Part shown: piece by piece, positions 26,827 through 36,059 of the stretch | Numbering within the stretch: position 1 is the first letter of the stretch | Layout: every line of letters starts with the position of its first letter | Assembly: GCA_022709905.1 (NCBI GenBank) | Contig: JAKLHY010000001.1 | Coordinates: forward strand, 77,463-141,462 | Source of the DNA: Verrucomicrobiota bacterium | Lineage (GTDB): Bacteria; Verrucomicrobiota; Verrucomicrobiia; Limisphaerales; UBA1319 | Length of the DNA stretch: 64,000 nt | Reading direction: 5' to 3' | Notes under the pieces: model-generated | Told to the model about the DNA's origin: nothing | The model's database searches: none | Seen by the model: only the letters and a program-made list of their open reading frames with translations | Translations under genes and position numbers: made by a program

Positions 26827-27504
26827 ATGTCTATGATTGAAGCCCCTGACCTCGCGAAGAAATTCAACAGTCACGTCGCCCTCGCCGAACGCGCCGCCGC
26901 CACCGCCGGTTCGTCTCGCCCGAGTCTGATTCGCCGACTTTACGATTGGACCTTGAGTTGGGCTCACCGGCCCGGCGGCACGTGGGCTTTGTTCGGTATT
27001 GCGTTTGTCGAATCCTCCTTCTTTCCAATCCCGCCGGACGTGCTCCTGCTGGCGCTCTGTGTCGGAGCGCCGAAAAGATCGTTCTGGTTCGCTTTGGTTA
27101 GTTCCGCCGGTTCGGTGTTGGGCGGGATGTTCGGTTACTTCATCGGCGCGACCGCATGGCACGTGTTGCATGGTTGGTTCATACCGTATGTGTTTTCGCA
27201 AGAGTTATTTATTAATGTGCAGCAACTCTACCAGGGCAACGCGTTCGTGGCGGTATTAACCGCGGCGTTCACTCCGATCCCGTACAAGGTGTTCACCGTG
27301 GCCGCCGGCGTGTTTGACGTGAACTTCTGGACGTTGGTAAGCGCGTCGGTCGTCGGTCGTTCAGCCCGGTTTTTCCTGGTGGGCGGATTTCTCTATTTGT
27401 TCGGCCCCCCGGTCAAAACGTTGCTGGAAAAATATTTTGATTGGTTTGCCTGGGGCTTGCTGGCTGTGGGCATCGCCGGATTCGTGGCCTTGAAATTCAT
27501 TTGA
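26827..27504 (+). CDS. YqaA/DedA-superfamily membrane protein
   Basis: WALFGIAFVESSFFPIPPDVLLLAL motif typical of YqaA-like (SNARE-associated) proteins; multiple TM segments. Confidence 0.75.
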   Translation: MSMIEAPDLAKKFNSHVALAERAAATAGSSRPSLIRRLYDWTLSWAHRPGGTWALFGIAFVESSFFPIPPDVLLLALCVGAPKRSFWFALVSSAGSVLGGMFGYFIGATAWHVLHGWFIPYVFSQELFINVQQLYQGNAFVAVLTAAFTPIPYKVFTVAAGVFDVNFWTLVSASVVGRSARFFLVGGFLYLFGPPVKTLLEKYFDWFAWGLLAVGIAGFVALKFI

Positions 27505-27766
27505 TATGGCGACCGAATACTGGATTTGGGGCGGCTTCACGCGGTAGACGCAGTACGATCCGCGGAAAAACTTTGTTTACAGGCTGATCCTAAGTCGGAG
27601 GTCAAACGCAAGCGTGATCTGACGGTATTCTGGGCCGAGCGCAACACGCACAAGACGGCCGAGGAGTTGCTCAATTTAGCGACCAGGCCATTCGCCCCGG
27701 TCAAGGCCAATTAGAGAGGTTCCTTGACGGCGGGAGCGTTTTTTTTCATCATGTTGGCTGGCTTTT

Positions 27767-29059
27767 ATGTTTTGGGATAAGTCGGCAGAAACCATTGATC
27801 GTTCGGCACTTGAGAAACTTCAACTGACGCGGTTGCAGGAAACTGTGGGTCGTGTGTTGAAGCATGTGCCCTTTTACCAGCAGCAATTTGCTCAAGCAGC
27901 CATCCCATCGGATGTCATTCGGGAATTGGCGGATATCCGGCGGTTGCCGTTTACCACTAACGCCGATTTGCGCGCCCAATATCCAAGGGGCTTTTTGGTG
28001 GGAGACGGGGGCGGACCGGTGCGTTTGCATACCTCGAGCGGAACGACGGGCAAGCCGAAGGCGATCTTTTTTTCGCGGGGGGATATTGATCGGGCGGCGA
28101 ATTTGGCGGCGCGCTGCTTGGTGATGAGCGGCAACACGGATCGGGACATCCTGCAGAACATGATGACTTACGGGCTCTTTACGGGGGCCCTGATGATGCA
28201 CTACGGCGCCGAGAAGGTGGGCATGATGGTGATTCCCGCCGGGCCGGGTAATTCAGAAAAGCAGCTCTTATTGATGCAGGATTTCAGTTCAACGGTCTTT
28301 CACACGACGCCGAGTTATGCGTTGTATTTCGCCGATTTTATGGAGAAGAAAGGGGTGGATCCGCGGCGGGATCTTTCCCTGAAAAGGGCCTTCATTGGGG
28401 CGGAACCTTATTCGGAGGAAACGCGTCGGAAGATCGAGGAGGCCTTTGGAATTGAGGTGTATAACTCGTATGGGCTTTCGGAGATGAACGGTCCGGGAGT
28501 GGCATTTGAATGCGCCGCGAAACAGGGAATGCACCTCTGGGAAGACCATTTTCTGATGGAAGTGCTGGATCCCGTCACAAATGAGCCCGTGCCGGAAGGA
28601 TGTCCGGGCGAACTGGTGTTGACGACGCTTTGCCGGGAGGCCATGCCGCTGATCCGGTATCGGACCCGAGACATTACCTCGGTAGTGGCCGAACCTTGTT
28701 CTTGCGGGCGAACGCACCGCCGGATTCGGCGCATCACGGGCCGGACGGACGATATGCTGATTGTGCGTGGGGCCAACATCTATCCGCAACAGATCGAACG
28801 GATCTTGATGAGCGTGCCGGGAGTGGGCCGGAATTATCTGATTTGCCTTTCGGGATTGGACGAGATGACGGTGAAGGTGGAGTTATCAGCGTCTGAGTTC
28901 GATGGGCGGGTGGAACGTCTGGTGCACCTGCAGACCCAGCTGACCGAACGGTTAAGGGCGGAGATCATGGTGAAGCCACTGGTGGAACTGGTGCCCCCGG
29001 GCTCGTTGCCGCCGAGCGAGGGCAAGGCCAAGAGGGTCATTGACAATCGCGCGCTTTAA
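27767..29059 (+). CDS. Phenylacetate-CoA ligase (PaaK) family adenylate-forming enzyme, copy 2
   Basis: LPFTTNADLRAQYPRG, HTSSGTTGKPK, YGLSEMNGPGVAFEC, IRYRTRD, EGKAKRVIDNR. Colinear with copy 1 but clearly diverged. Confidence 0.85.
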   Translation: MFWDKSAETIDRSALEKLQLTRLQETVGRVLKHVPFYQQQFAQAAIPSDVIRELADIRRLPFTTNADLRAQYPRGFLVGDGGGPVRLHTSSGTTGKPKAIFFSRGDIDRAANLAARCLVMSGNTDRDILQNMMTYGLFTGALMMHYGAEKVGMMVIPAGPGNSEKQLLLMQDFSSTVFHTTPSYALYFADFMEKKGVDPRRDLSLKRAFIGAEPYSEETRRKIEEAFGIEVYNSYGLSEMNGPGVAFECAAKQGMHLWEDHFLMEVLDPVTNEPVPEGCPGELVLTTLCREAMPLIRYRTRDITSVVAEPCSCGRTHRRIRRITGRTDDMLIVRGANIYPQQIERILMSVPGVGRNYLICLSGLDEMTVKVELSASEFDGRVERLVHLQTQLTERLRAEIMVKPLVELVPPGSLPPSEGKAKRVIDNRAL

Positions 29060-29072
29060 TGGAGGAAAAATT

Positions 29073-29501
29073 ATGAGTGTGATCCGGTTGATCGCAGTTT
29101 TTTCCGAGAACAAAGTGGGCCAATTGTCCAAACTGACGGGAATACTGGCTGAAAACGGGATTAATATTCGCTGCGTGACCATCGCCACTTCGGAGAAATT
29201 CGGAGTGGTCAAGTTACTGGTGGACCAGCCCGAGATTGCCTGGCGCAAGCTCCAGGAGCAGAACCTGACGGTCTCGTGGACCGACGCGCTCGCGGTTGAG
29301 GTTGAGGACAAACCGGGCGGGTTGCATCGGATCGCCGAGGCCCTGGCCCGCCATGGAATCAACCTGGAGAACTCATCCGGTTTTGTGGCGTGCCGCCGCG
29401 CCATTCTGCTGGTCGAAACCAGCAATCCTCAGGAGGCCCGCCGCGTTTTGGAGGAGGAACGATTTCGTTTGCTGACCTCGTCTGAGCTCATGGCGATATA
29501 G
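29073..29501 (+). CDS. ACT domain-containing protein, copy 2
   Basis: IAVFSENKVGQLSKLTGILAENGINI and AVEVEDKPGGLHRIAEALARHGINL. GGAGG lies 8 nt upstream of the ATG at 29073 (track ORF starts at 29040). Confidence 0.8.
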   Translation: MSVIRLIAVFSENKVGQLSKLTGILAENGINIRCVTIATSEKFGVVKLLVDQPEIAWRKLQEQNLTVSWTDALAVEVEDKPGGLHRIAEALARHGINLENSSGFVACRRAILLVETSNPQEARRVLEEERFRLLTSSELMAI

Positions 29502-29530
29502 CCTGAAATCCCGCAAAGGACCGGAGGGAT

Positions 29531-31057
29531 TCAGACGCCCTGGTGGCGTTGTTGACGGGGCGGGGGATGGGTGTTCGGTTGGGTCCGGCTTGATGACAAG
29601 GTTGGGAATACGGCTTTGAGCGAGGGAGGAATTTCGGTCCGTCCACATCGACGCAAGTCATCCGCCAGGCTGGAGACGACCTGAGCCGAGGGCTGGCGCA
29701 GCACGCCGGTCAAATAGAAATAGAGTTCCTCAACCAAGCGGGTCAGAGCGATGCCGTGCTGTCTTCGAAGGCGGTGAAAAAGCCAATCCGAAAATTCCAG
29801 GAAGGCATGGAATGGGCTGGAGGCATCCTGCCAGATCATGCGGTGGCTGGAGTGGAAGTTCCCGCTGTTTGCAACGAGGTCCCAAAAGCGGGCGAACCGT
29901 TTCAGCCGTTGCAGAAGGAGGAACGGCAGGAGCTTGTTTTGAAGGAGTTCGTAAGGAGCGGCGGAATGATAAATCATCTGCCATTCCTGATCGTGCCGCT
30001 GAATGAGACACCCCCTGAGTCTCTTGAGAATGCCGACTTGGATCTCGTGAGGATTCCAGAAGACCAAGCGATCAAAACCCTCGGCAAAACTGTCGAGAGT
30101 CTCCCCGGGAAGGCCAACAATCAGGTCCGCATGGAGGTGGACGCCTGTGTCTTCACGCAAATGACGCATCACCTGCTCGAGTTGCCGGTAGTCTTGATGG
30201 CGTTGGATTCGTTCAGCCACCGACGGATTGAAGGTTTGGATTCCGACCTCAAACTGGAGTGTTCCCCGAGGGAACTGAGCCGCAAGTTCGATCTGCGCGG
30301 GAGTCAATCGATCCGGGATGATTTCGAAGTGCAAGAATAGGCCGGGTTCAGACCGGCCCAGGAAAAAATTCAAGAAACCGTCATAATGATCGCGGGTGAT
30401 ATTGAAACTGCGATCCACGAATTTGAATCGCCGGCAGCCTTGATTCCACAAATTCTCAAGGGCCGACAGAATTCGCGTCAAGGGAAAAAGACGAACGCCC
30501 GAATCGAGCGCGGAAAGGCAGAACTCACACCGAAACGGGCATCCGCGTGAGGTTTCCAAATAGACAATCCGATGGTTTAGATCCTGGGGAGTGTAGAAAG
30601 AATAAGGAAGGACGAGGTGATCCGGGTTGGGGGGGGACGCCGGGATCAGCTGCTCTTTCGGGGGATTGCCATCGAGGATCTGACGGCAAAGCTCACGGAA
30701 CTTGAGATCGGCTTCTCCGGTAATAATGTAATCAACCAGTCTGGCGAAGGGTGGCAGATCGTCTGGGAAACTGACTTCTGGCCCCCCTGCGATGAGGATC
30801 AGATCCGGGCGTAATCGCTTCAAGAGGGTTGCCAATTCGGTGAGGGGAGTCACATTCCAGATGTAAACACCCAGGCCAATGATCCGCGGCTCATCCGCGA
30901 GCAAGGCCTCGGCAACCTCGATGGGACGTTGGTTAATGTCGAACTCACGCAGGACGCTGCAGGATTGCAGATCGCCCAGATTGGCGAGCAGGTATCGCAG
31001 TCCAAAGCCCGAGTGGACATACTTCGCGTTCAGCGTGGTGAGGATGATGTCAGCCAT
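29531..31057 (-). CDS. B12-binding domain radical SAM protein (DUF4080-type C-terminus)
   Basis: N-terminal cobalamin-binding-like region (IILTTLNAKYVH...IGLGVYIWN). Radical SAM cluster motif ETSRGCPFRCEFC. Long helical C-terminal extension. Confidence 0.8.
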   Translation of the reverse strand: MADIILTTLNAKYVHSGFGLRYLLANLGDLQSCSVLREFDINQRPIEVAEALLADEPRIIGLGVYIWNVTPLTELATLLKRLRPDLILIAGGPEVSFPDDLPPFARLVDYIITGEADLKFRELCRQILDGNPPKEQLIPASPPNPDHLVLPYSFYTPQDLNHRIVYLETSRGCPFRCEFCLSALDSGVRLFPLTRILSALENLWNQGCRRFKFVDRSFNITRDHYDGFLNFFLGRSEPGLFLHFEIIPDRLTPAQIELAAQFPRGTLQFEVGIQTFNPSVAERIQRHQDYRQLEQVMRHLREDTGVHLHADLIVGLPGETLDSFAEGFDRLVFWNPHEIQVGILKRLRGCLIQRHDQEWQMIYHSAAPYELLQNKLLPFLLLQRLKRFARFWDLVANSGNFHSSHRMIWQDASSPFHAFLEFSDWLFHRLRRQHGIALTRLVEELYFYLTGVLRQPSAQVVSSLADDLRRCGRTEIPPSLKAVFPTLSSSRTQPNTHPPPRQQRHQGV

Positions 31058-31151
31058 GATTCATGCCTGTTACGGATAGAATAGCCCGTTGTCATGCTGG
31101 ATCCAATCCTTCCCCGCTTGTTTTAAGCGCCGAAAGGTTTATCCTAGGGCC

Positions 31152-32090
31152 ATGATCAATGGTTTTTCAGGCATGAGGGGAATAAGGCTGGTTTTGTTAG
31201 CAGTCTTCTGTGTTGCCGCGCTTTCAAGCCAGGGTGAAACAAACGATTTTGTTGTTGACGAATCGGAAACTCGAATAACGGTCTCCGGGATCGTTGCCGG
31301 TCTGACTGTCCAAGAACAGGCGGCTGGCAGTCTGAGCGCCTCCGCCAAAGGCACTCTCCGGATCGAAACGCAGGCCCAAACTATCCGATTTGTCGGCGGC
31401 AGCCTCCTCGATTTTGTCACCAACGGCTCATGGTCGCCCTTGCCAGATGGCGGCGACGGAACCGCGCCCGGCGATTTTGGAGCGAAAGCTTCCGGTCTGA
31501 TTGGAAACGGTGAAGCGGCGTTGCGGGATATTGAGTTTGACGTTGTGAGTGATGTGCTTGCCGTGGATAGTCAGGGGCGATTTGACGGGCGTCAGCTCGT
31601 GTTTGCCTTTCCTCCGGATGCCTCCTCGGTTTTGAGTTATCGAATCCGGTCCTTTCTGGGGGTGTTTTCGGGGGTTCAGGAATTGAAGGGCCTCTCCACC
31701 AACCAGATAGCTTCGAGCGTGATCGAAGATTCGGATGCCGAAAACCAAATCTTGAGGATTTCGATGGATGCGAACCTGCTTTTCAGCCTAGTGGCTGAGG
31801 ACGACAGCATCATGAATTTGAAAGGTCAGATTGTCGCGCGCAGATCCATATCTCCGGTGTTTCGGATACTTGAAATTGGCATTTTGGCCGAACCCAGTTC
31901 GCCTCGGATTCAGATCACTTGGAGTTCAAAGACAGGAGAGGTTTTCCGGGTTCAGGGCAGTGTCGACCTGAGGACTTGGGAAACCCTCACCTCCGATATT
32001 CAGGCGAGCGGCACGGTGACATCATGGAACGGACCGATGAACTCACCCTGCCAATTCTATCGTGTCATGCGCTTAGGAGGAGGAGCTTGA
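31152..32090 (+). CDS. Secreted hypothetical protein with a C-terminal FYRV-ending beta-sandwich module
   Basis: Signal peptide (MRGIRLVLLAVFCVAALSSQG). C-terminus is ...RIQITWSSKTGEVFRVQGSVDLRTWETL...CQFYRVMRLG. The start is uncertain (31089, 31152 or 31173). Confidence 0.55.
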   Translation: MINGFSGMRGIRLVLLAVFCVAALSSQGETNDFVVDESETRITVSGIVAGLTVQEQAAGSLSASAKGTLRIETQAQTIRFVGGSLLDFVTNGSWSPLPDGGDGTAPGDFGAKASGLIGNGEAALRDIEFDVVSDVLAVDSQGRFDGRQLVFAFPPDASSVLSYRIRSFLGVFSGVQELKGLSTNQIASSVIEDSDAENQILRISMDANLLFSLVAEDDSIMNLKGQIVARRSISPVFRILEIGILAEPSSPRIQITWSSKTGEVFRVQGSVDLRTWETLTSDIQASGTVTSWNGPMNSPCQFYRVMRLGGGA

Positions 32091-35000
32091 GGGCGTGAGC
32101 GGATCAGCGGCTGCGGAGGGGCGGAGATGGTCCTTAATGCACTGGAGCAATTCCTTGGGCTCAAATGGTTTGGCTAGGAAGTCGACTCCAGGCCTGGCGG
32201 GGATCCTCTGGCCGGCGACATCCAGGCAGTAACCGCTCATATAGATGACCTTGAGATCCCTGCAATCTTCATGCAAACGATCTGCCAGTTCCCGGCCAGA
32301 GAGACCATCGGGCATGATCATGTCGGTCAAGACCAAATGAACATCTTGTTTGCGGATGTTCCAGAGTTCCAGCGCTTCCTTGCCTGAGGCGGCTTCGATG
32401 ACTTTGTAGCCATGACGTTCCAGGATTCGGCGGACCATACCACGAACGGCGGCATCGTCTTCGACCACAAGAACGCACTCGGTGCCTTCCTGGAAAACCG
32501 GTTCCTGAGGCACAGGGGTAGCGGGAGTAACCGCCCGTGGGGCGACTGGCAGAAAGAAACGGAACGTGGATCCTTTGCCGGGTTGGCTGTGGACTTCGAT
32601 CCAGCCTTCATGCTGTTTGACGATCCCGTAGGCGGTGCACAATCCAAGGCCGGATGCTTTTCCAGATTCTTTGGTCGTGAAAAACGGCTCGAAGATCTTG
32701 GATAGGTTGAAAGGATCGATACCGCAGCCAGTGTCGACAACCGAAAATGAGACAAAGGACCCGGCCCGGCCTTCGGGATTCCGGTGGGAGTAATTTTCGT
32801 CCAATTCGGAGCTTTGAGTTCTGAGTCTTAGTTTCCCTCCGTGCGGCATGGCGTCCCGGGCATTGATCACGAGGTTAAAAATGACCTGCTCGAGCATGCA
32901 TACATCCGCTTGGATCATGGGCAGATTGGGGGCATAGACAAGATCCAGTTCGATGTTTTCGCGCAACAGGCGTCGTATGGCCGGGGCCAGGTTTCCGAGG
33001 ACCTCATTCAGGTTCAAAGGCTCGACAGAGAGGGGATGCCGACGTCCGAAAGCGAGTAGTTGGCGGGTGAGTTCCGAGGCCCTTTTTGTGGCCAGCGAGA
33101 TGCTCTTGAGCGCTTCTTGAATATCGGCTTGGAGATCGGAACGAGTTAGCAGCAGACTGGCATGGCCTTGGACGACAGTGAGCATGTTACTGAAATCATG
33201 GGCTAGCCCGCCGGACAGGTGGCCGATGACTTCCATCTTTTGCGACTGCCGAAGCTGTTCCTCGAGGCGTTTACGTTCCGTGATATCGCGATTAGTGCCG
33301 CGAGACCCGATGAATAGACCTTCGTTGTTGTAAATGGGCTGGCAATGGTGCTCAATCCAGCGTTCCTCTTCGTCCGGGCGGACGATGCGAAACACCAGTC
33401 TTCCGCAATGTTGTTCCTGTTCTTCCTGCAGGTGTTGCCGCACCGACGGTAGATCCATCGGATGGATCAGCATCAAGAAAAGATTGGGATCCGTCAGGAA
33501 ATCCTTGGCATGATGGGCGGTAATCCGCTTGCAGGAAGGAGAGCAGTAATTGAACTGGCCTGTGGGGCTTCGCCAGAATTCCCAATCATAGGTGTTGTCC
33601 GCCACAATCCGGTATTTCAACTCGGATTCCCGTAAGGCGGCTTGAGCTTGACGCCTCCAGTTGTCGCTTTCCAGGGCATCGAGGACAAAAGACATATCCA
33701 GCGCCAAGCCTTCGAGAAGCCGAACCGCATCGCGGTCGAAGAATCCAACCTCGCCGGAATAGAGCTGAAACGCGCCGACATAGAACTCCCCCGAGCGTAT
33801 TGGAAAGGCGGCAGAGGACCGGTACCCCCGTTTGAGGGCCTCGTCTTTGCACAGCAGCATGCGTTCGTCGTGCTCGATATCGTTGCAGACGTAACCTTTG
33901 CCGCTGCGAATCGCGGGTCCGCTCAGCCCGCCCTCCTCCATATTCCGGGACAAGGTCATTTGGAGTTGGGCCAGATAGCCATCTTCATGGCCGAACCACG
34001 CGGCCGGATGCACTTTGCAGGCATGGAAATCAATCAGGCCGATCCAGGCCATTCGAAACTGGCCGTGGTGCACGGCGATCCGGCACATCTCCTTGAAGAG
34101 CTCACGGCGTTCCCGGATCAATACGGAAGCCTTGTTGATTTCGCTCAACATGGCGTAAATCCGATTCAGATGAGTGATTCGAATCTCGCCATGCTTGCGC
34201 ATAGTGATGTCCCGGCTGATTCCCCGATAACCCGCATGGGCGCCGTTTCGATCCTGAATGGGTATGGCCCTGGTCTCCACCACGACCAGTTGTCCATCCT
34301 GCCGTTGCATGATGCTCTCGGAACTCCAACAAGCTGGGGAGACTGAATTGCACGGAGGATAATGGTTCTTGGCCTTATCCGCCTCTTCAAGAGGCATGAA
34401 ATGGAAGCGGCTCTTGCCAAGAACCATTTGAGGTTCATAACCCAACAGCTCTTTAACATGCCGGTTGGAATAGGTAAGAACCGCATTTGCATCCTCTTCC
34501 CACAGCCAGTCTGACACATTTTCAACGAAGTCACGAAACGAACTAATGCTGCCATGGCGCTCCTCTCCCGCTGACGGGGTTTGAAAACGGTCAAACCGGT
34601 CGATCGCATGCAGAATGGCCGGACCAAGGCCGGCCAGGCGGGATCTCAAAACAAAACCAGCTGCTCCCTGTTTGATGGCTTCCTCCGTGAACGAGGGTGC
34701 GTCATCCTCGCCGACAAGGATGATTGGGATCTTTGGATTGTGGTGCCGTGCCAGATGGATGGCATCCATGCCCTCAAACCCCGGAATCTGGCACTCAGCA
34801 AGGATCAGATCCCATGTCTGTTCGCGCATGGCCTTCAGGAACGCTTCCTGGCTGGAGACACGGGAGACCAGTGAATTGAGACCTTGAATGGTCAAGGCAT
34901 TCCGGATCTGTTCGGAGATATGCTCGTTATCCTCCACCAGAAGGATTTGCAGACATGACGTCATGATACACCTTACGACCTTTGTAGCTGCATGATCCAC
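32073..35000 (-). CDS. Hybrid sensor kinase: degenerate REC - PAS - GAF - PAS - HisKA - HATPase_c - REC
   Basis: H-box HLSGGLAHDFSNML, N-box NLVINARDAM, G-boxes DTGCGI and ASGLGLC. The C-terminal REC carries LVLTDMIMPDG. The N-terminal REC-like domain lacks the acceptor Asp. The start may be at 34964 (MTSCLQILLVED). Confidence 0.85.
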   Translation of the reverse strand: MDHAATKVVRCIMTSCLQILLVEDNEHISEQIRNALTIQGLNSLVSRVSSQEAFLKAMREQTWDLILAECQIPGFEGMDAIHLARHHNPKIPIILVGEDDAPSFTEEAIKQGAAGFVLRSRLAGLGPAILHAIDRFDRFQTPSAGEERHGSISSFRDFVENVSDWLWEEDANAVLTYSNRHVKELLGYEPQMVLGKSRFHFMPLEEADKAKNHYPPCNSVSPACWSSESIMQRQDGQLVVVETRAIPIQDRNGAHAGYRGISRDITMRKHGEIRITHLNRIYAMLSEINKASVLIRERRELFKEMCRIAVHHGQFRMAWIGLIDFHACKVHPAAWFGHEDGYLAQLQMTLSRNMEEGGLSGPAIRSGKGYVCNDIEHDERMLLCKDEALKRGYRSSAAFPIRSGEFYVGAFQLYSGEVGFFDRDAVRLLEGLALDMSFVLDALESDNWRRQAQAALRESELKYRIVADNTYDWEFWRSPTGQFNYCSPSCKRITAHHAKDFLTDPNLFLMLIHPMDLPSVRQHLQEEQEQHCGRLVFRIVRPDEEERWIEHHCQPIYNNEGLFIGSRGTNRDITERKRLEEQLRQSQKMEVIGHLSGGLAHDFSNMLTVVQGHASLLLTRSDLQADIQEALKSISLATKRASELTRQLLAFGRRHPLSVEPLNLNEVLGNLAPAIRRLLRENIELDLVYAPNLPMIQADVCMLEQVIFNLVINARDAMPHGGKLRLRTQSSELDENYSHRNPEGRAGSFVSFSVVDTGCGIDPFNLSKIFEPFFTTKESGKASGLGLCTAYGIVKQHEGWIEVHSQPGKGSTFRFFLPVAPRAVTPATPVPQEPVFQEGTECVLVVEDDAAVRGMVRRILERHGYKVIEAASGKEALELWNIRKQDVHLVLTDMIMPDGLSGRELADRLHEDCRDLKVIYMSGYCLDVAGQRIPARPGVDFLAKPFEPKELLQCIKDHLRPSAAADPLTPSSSSS

Positions 35001-35199
35001 CTCTCATTAGAGCGAATCCACTGTGCCAAATTCGGAATATACAGTGTGCGCCAATATAATCCAGCAGATCTGTTCTGACAAATCGTTCTCTGTGCCCAAG
35101 CGCCTCGGCAGTATGCATCCTTGATCCTCAGAAGATACAGGATGGACATTGACTATTTATGAGGCTCTTCATACCGTGGCGGAGGGTAAACTCAACAAC

Positions 35200-35931
35200 A
35201 TGCTGGAAGTCGTCAAACAATTGCTGGCCTTGCAAGAACGAGATCGAAGCATCCATCATATTCGGGCTGAATTGGTGGGTTTCGAGGCGCAGCGTCGTGT
35301 TTTGCAGACCAAAGCTTCGGAGAGCCAGACCCGCCTGGAGACCATTCGAACCCGCCTGAAGCAGATCGAGTCGGAAAGGAAGAAGCTGGAATTGGATGCC
35401 GAATCCAAGAAGCAGATGATCGAACGTTATTCGTTGCAACAGTATCAGACCAAGAAGAATGACGAATACCGGGCTCTGACTCATGAAATCGACAACTGCC
35501 GGCAGGCGATCGTGGGATTGGAGGATCGGCAGCTTGATTTGATGGAACAGGCGGAGGCAGCTCAAAAAGAGGAAACGGCGTTGCTCGGAGAAGTGCGGGC
35601 AATCCAGGAAGTCGTTTGCGCCAAGATGGATGAGTTGAAAGCGCGCGAGACCGAGTTGAATCGTGATCTGGAGGCCTTGTCAAGCGAACGGACCCTGCTG
35701 GCGGCGGCGGTGGCAGAACCGTATCGCGTGAGATACGAGCGATGCCTGAAACAAAGAGGGGAAAAGGTTCTGGTGGGCATCGATCATGGCGTGTGCGCCG
35801 GCTGTCATATGCGCCTGACCCCCCAGACGCTGGTCTCCTGTCAGAGTGACGAGGAGATTGTGACCTGTCCGAATTGCGGTCGCATCCTTTACTACACTCC
35901 CGAGATGGATCTGGCTCACCCCGAGGATTGA
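35200..35931 (+). CDS. Coiled-coil protein with a C-terminal C4 zinc ribbon (COG1579 / zf-RING_7 type)
   Basis: Long heptad-rich region, then CAGCHMRL....CPNCGRILYY. The ATG at 35200 is preferred over the TTG at 35149 used in the track. Confidence 0.7.
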   Translation: MLEVVKQLLALQERDRSIHHIRAELVGFEAQRRVLQTKASESQTRLETIRTRLKQIESERKKLELDAESKKQMIERYSLQQYQTKKNDEYRALTHEIDNCRQAIVGLEDRQLDLMEQAEAAQKEETALLGEVRAIQEVVCAKMDELKARETELNRDLEALSSERTLLAAAVAEPYRVRYERCLKQRGEKVLVGIDHGVCAGCHMRLTPQTLVSCQSDEEIVTCPNCGRILYYTPEMDLAHPED

Positions 35932-36059
35932 TGCTTTTGCGGCTTGGAATCTTCGAAACAGAAAAGAGTTCTTGTATACCACCAGATCCTGGATAGAGTG
36001 GCGCGATTCCGCCGTTGCCGATTCCACGGCAACTTAGAATCAATAACGAGCATCTGATT

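Noticed and set aside
27526-27714. 62-aa ORF upstream of the second PaaK-like gene
   Set aside because: No motif, no ribosome-binding site, and a composition unlike neighbouring genes. More likely promoter or leader DNA; a TTGACG...CATCAT pair near 27725-27752 is only a weak promoter match.
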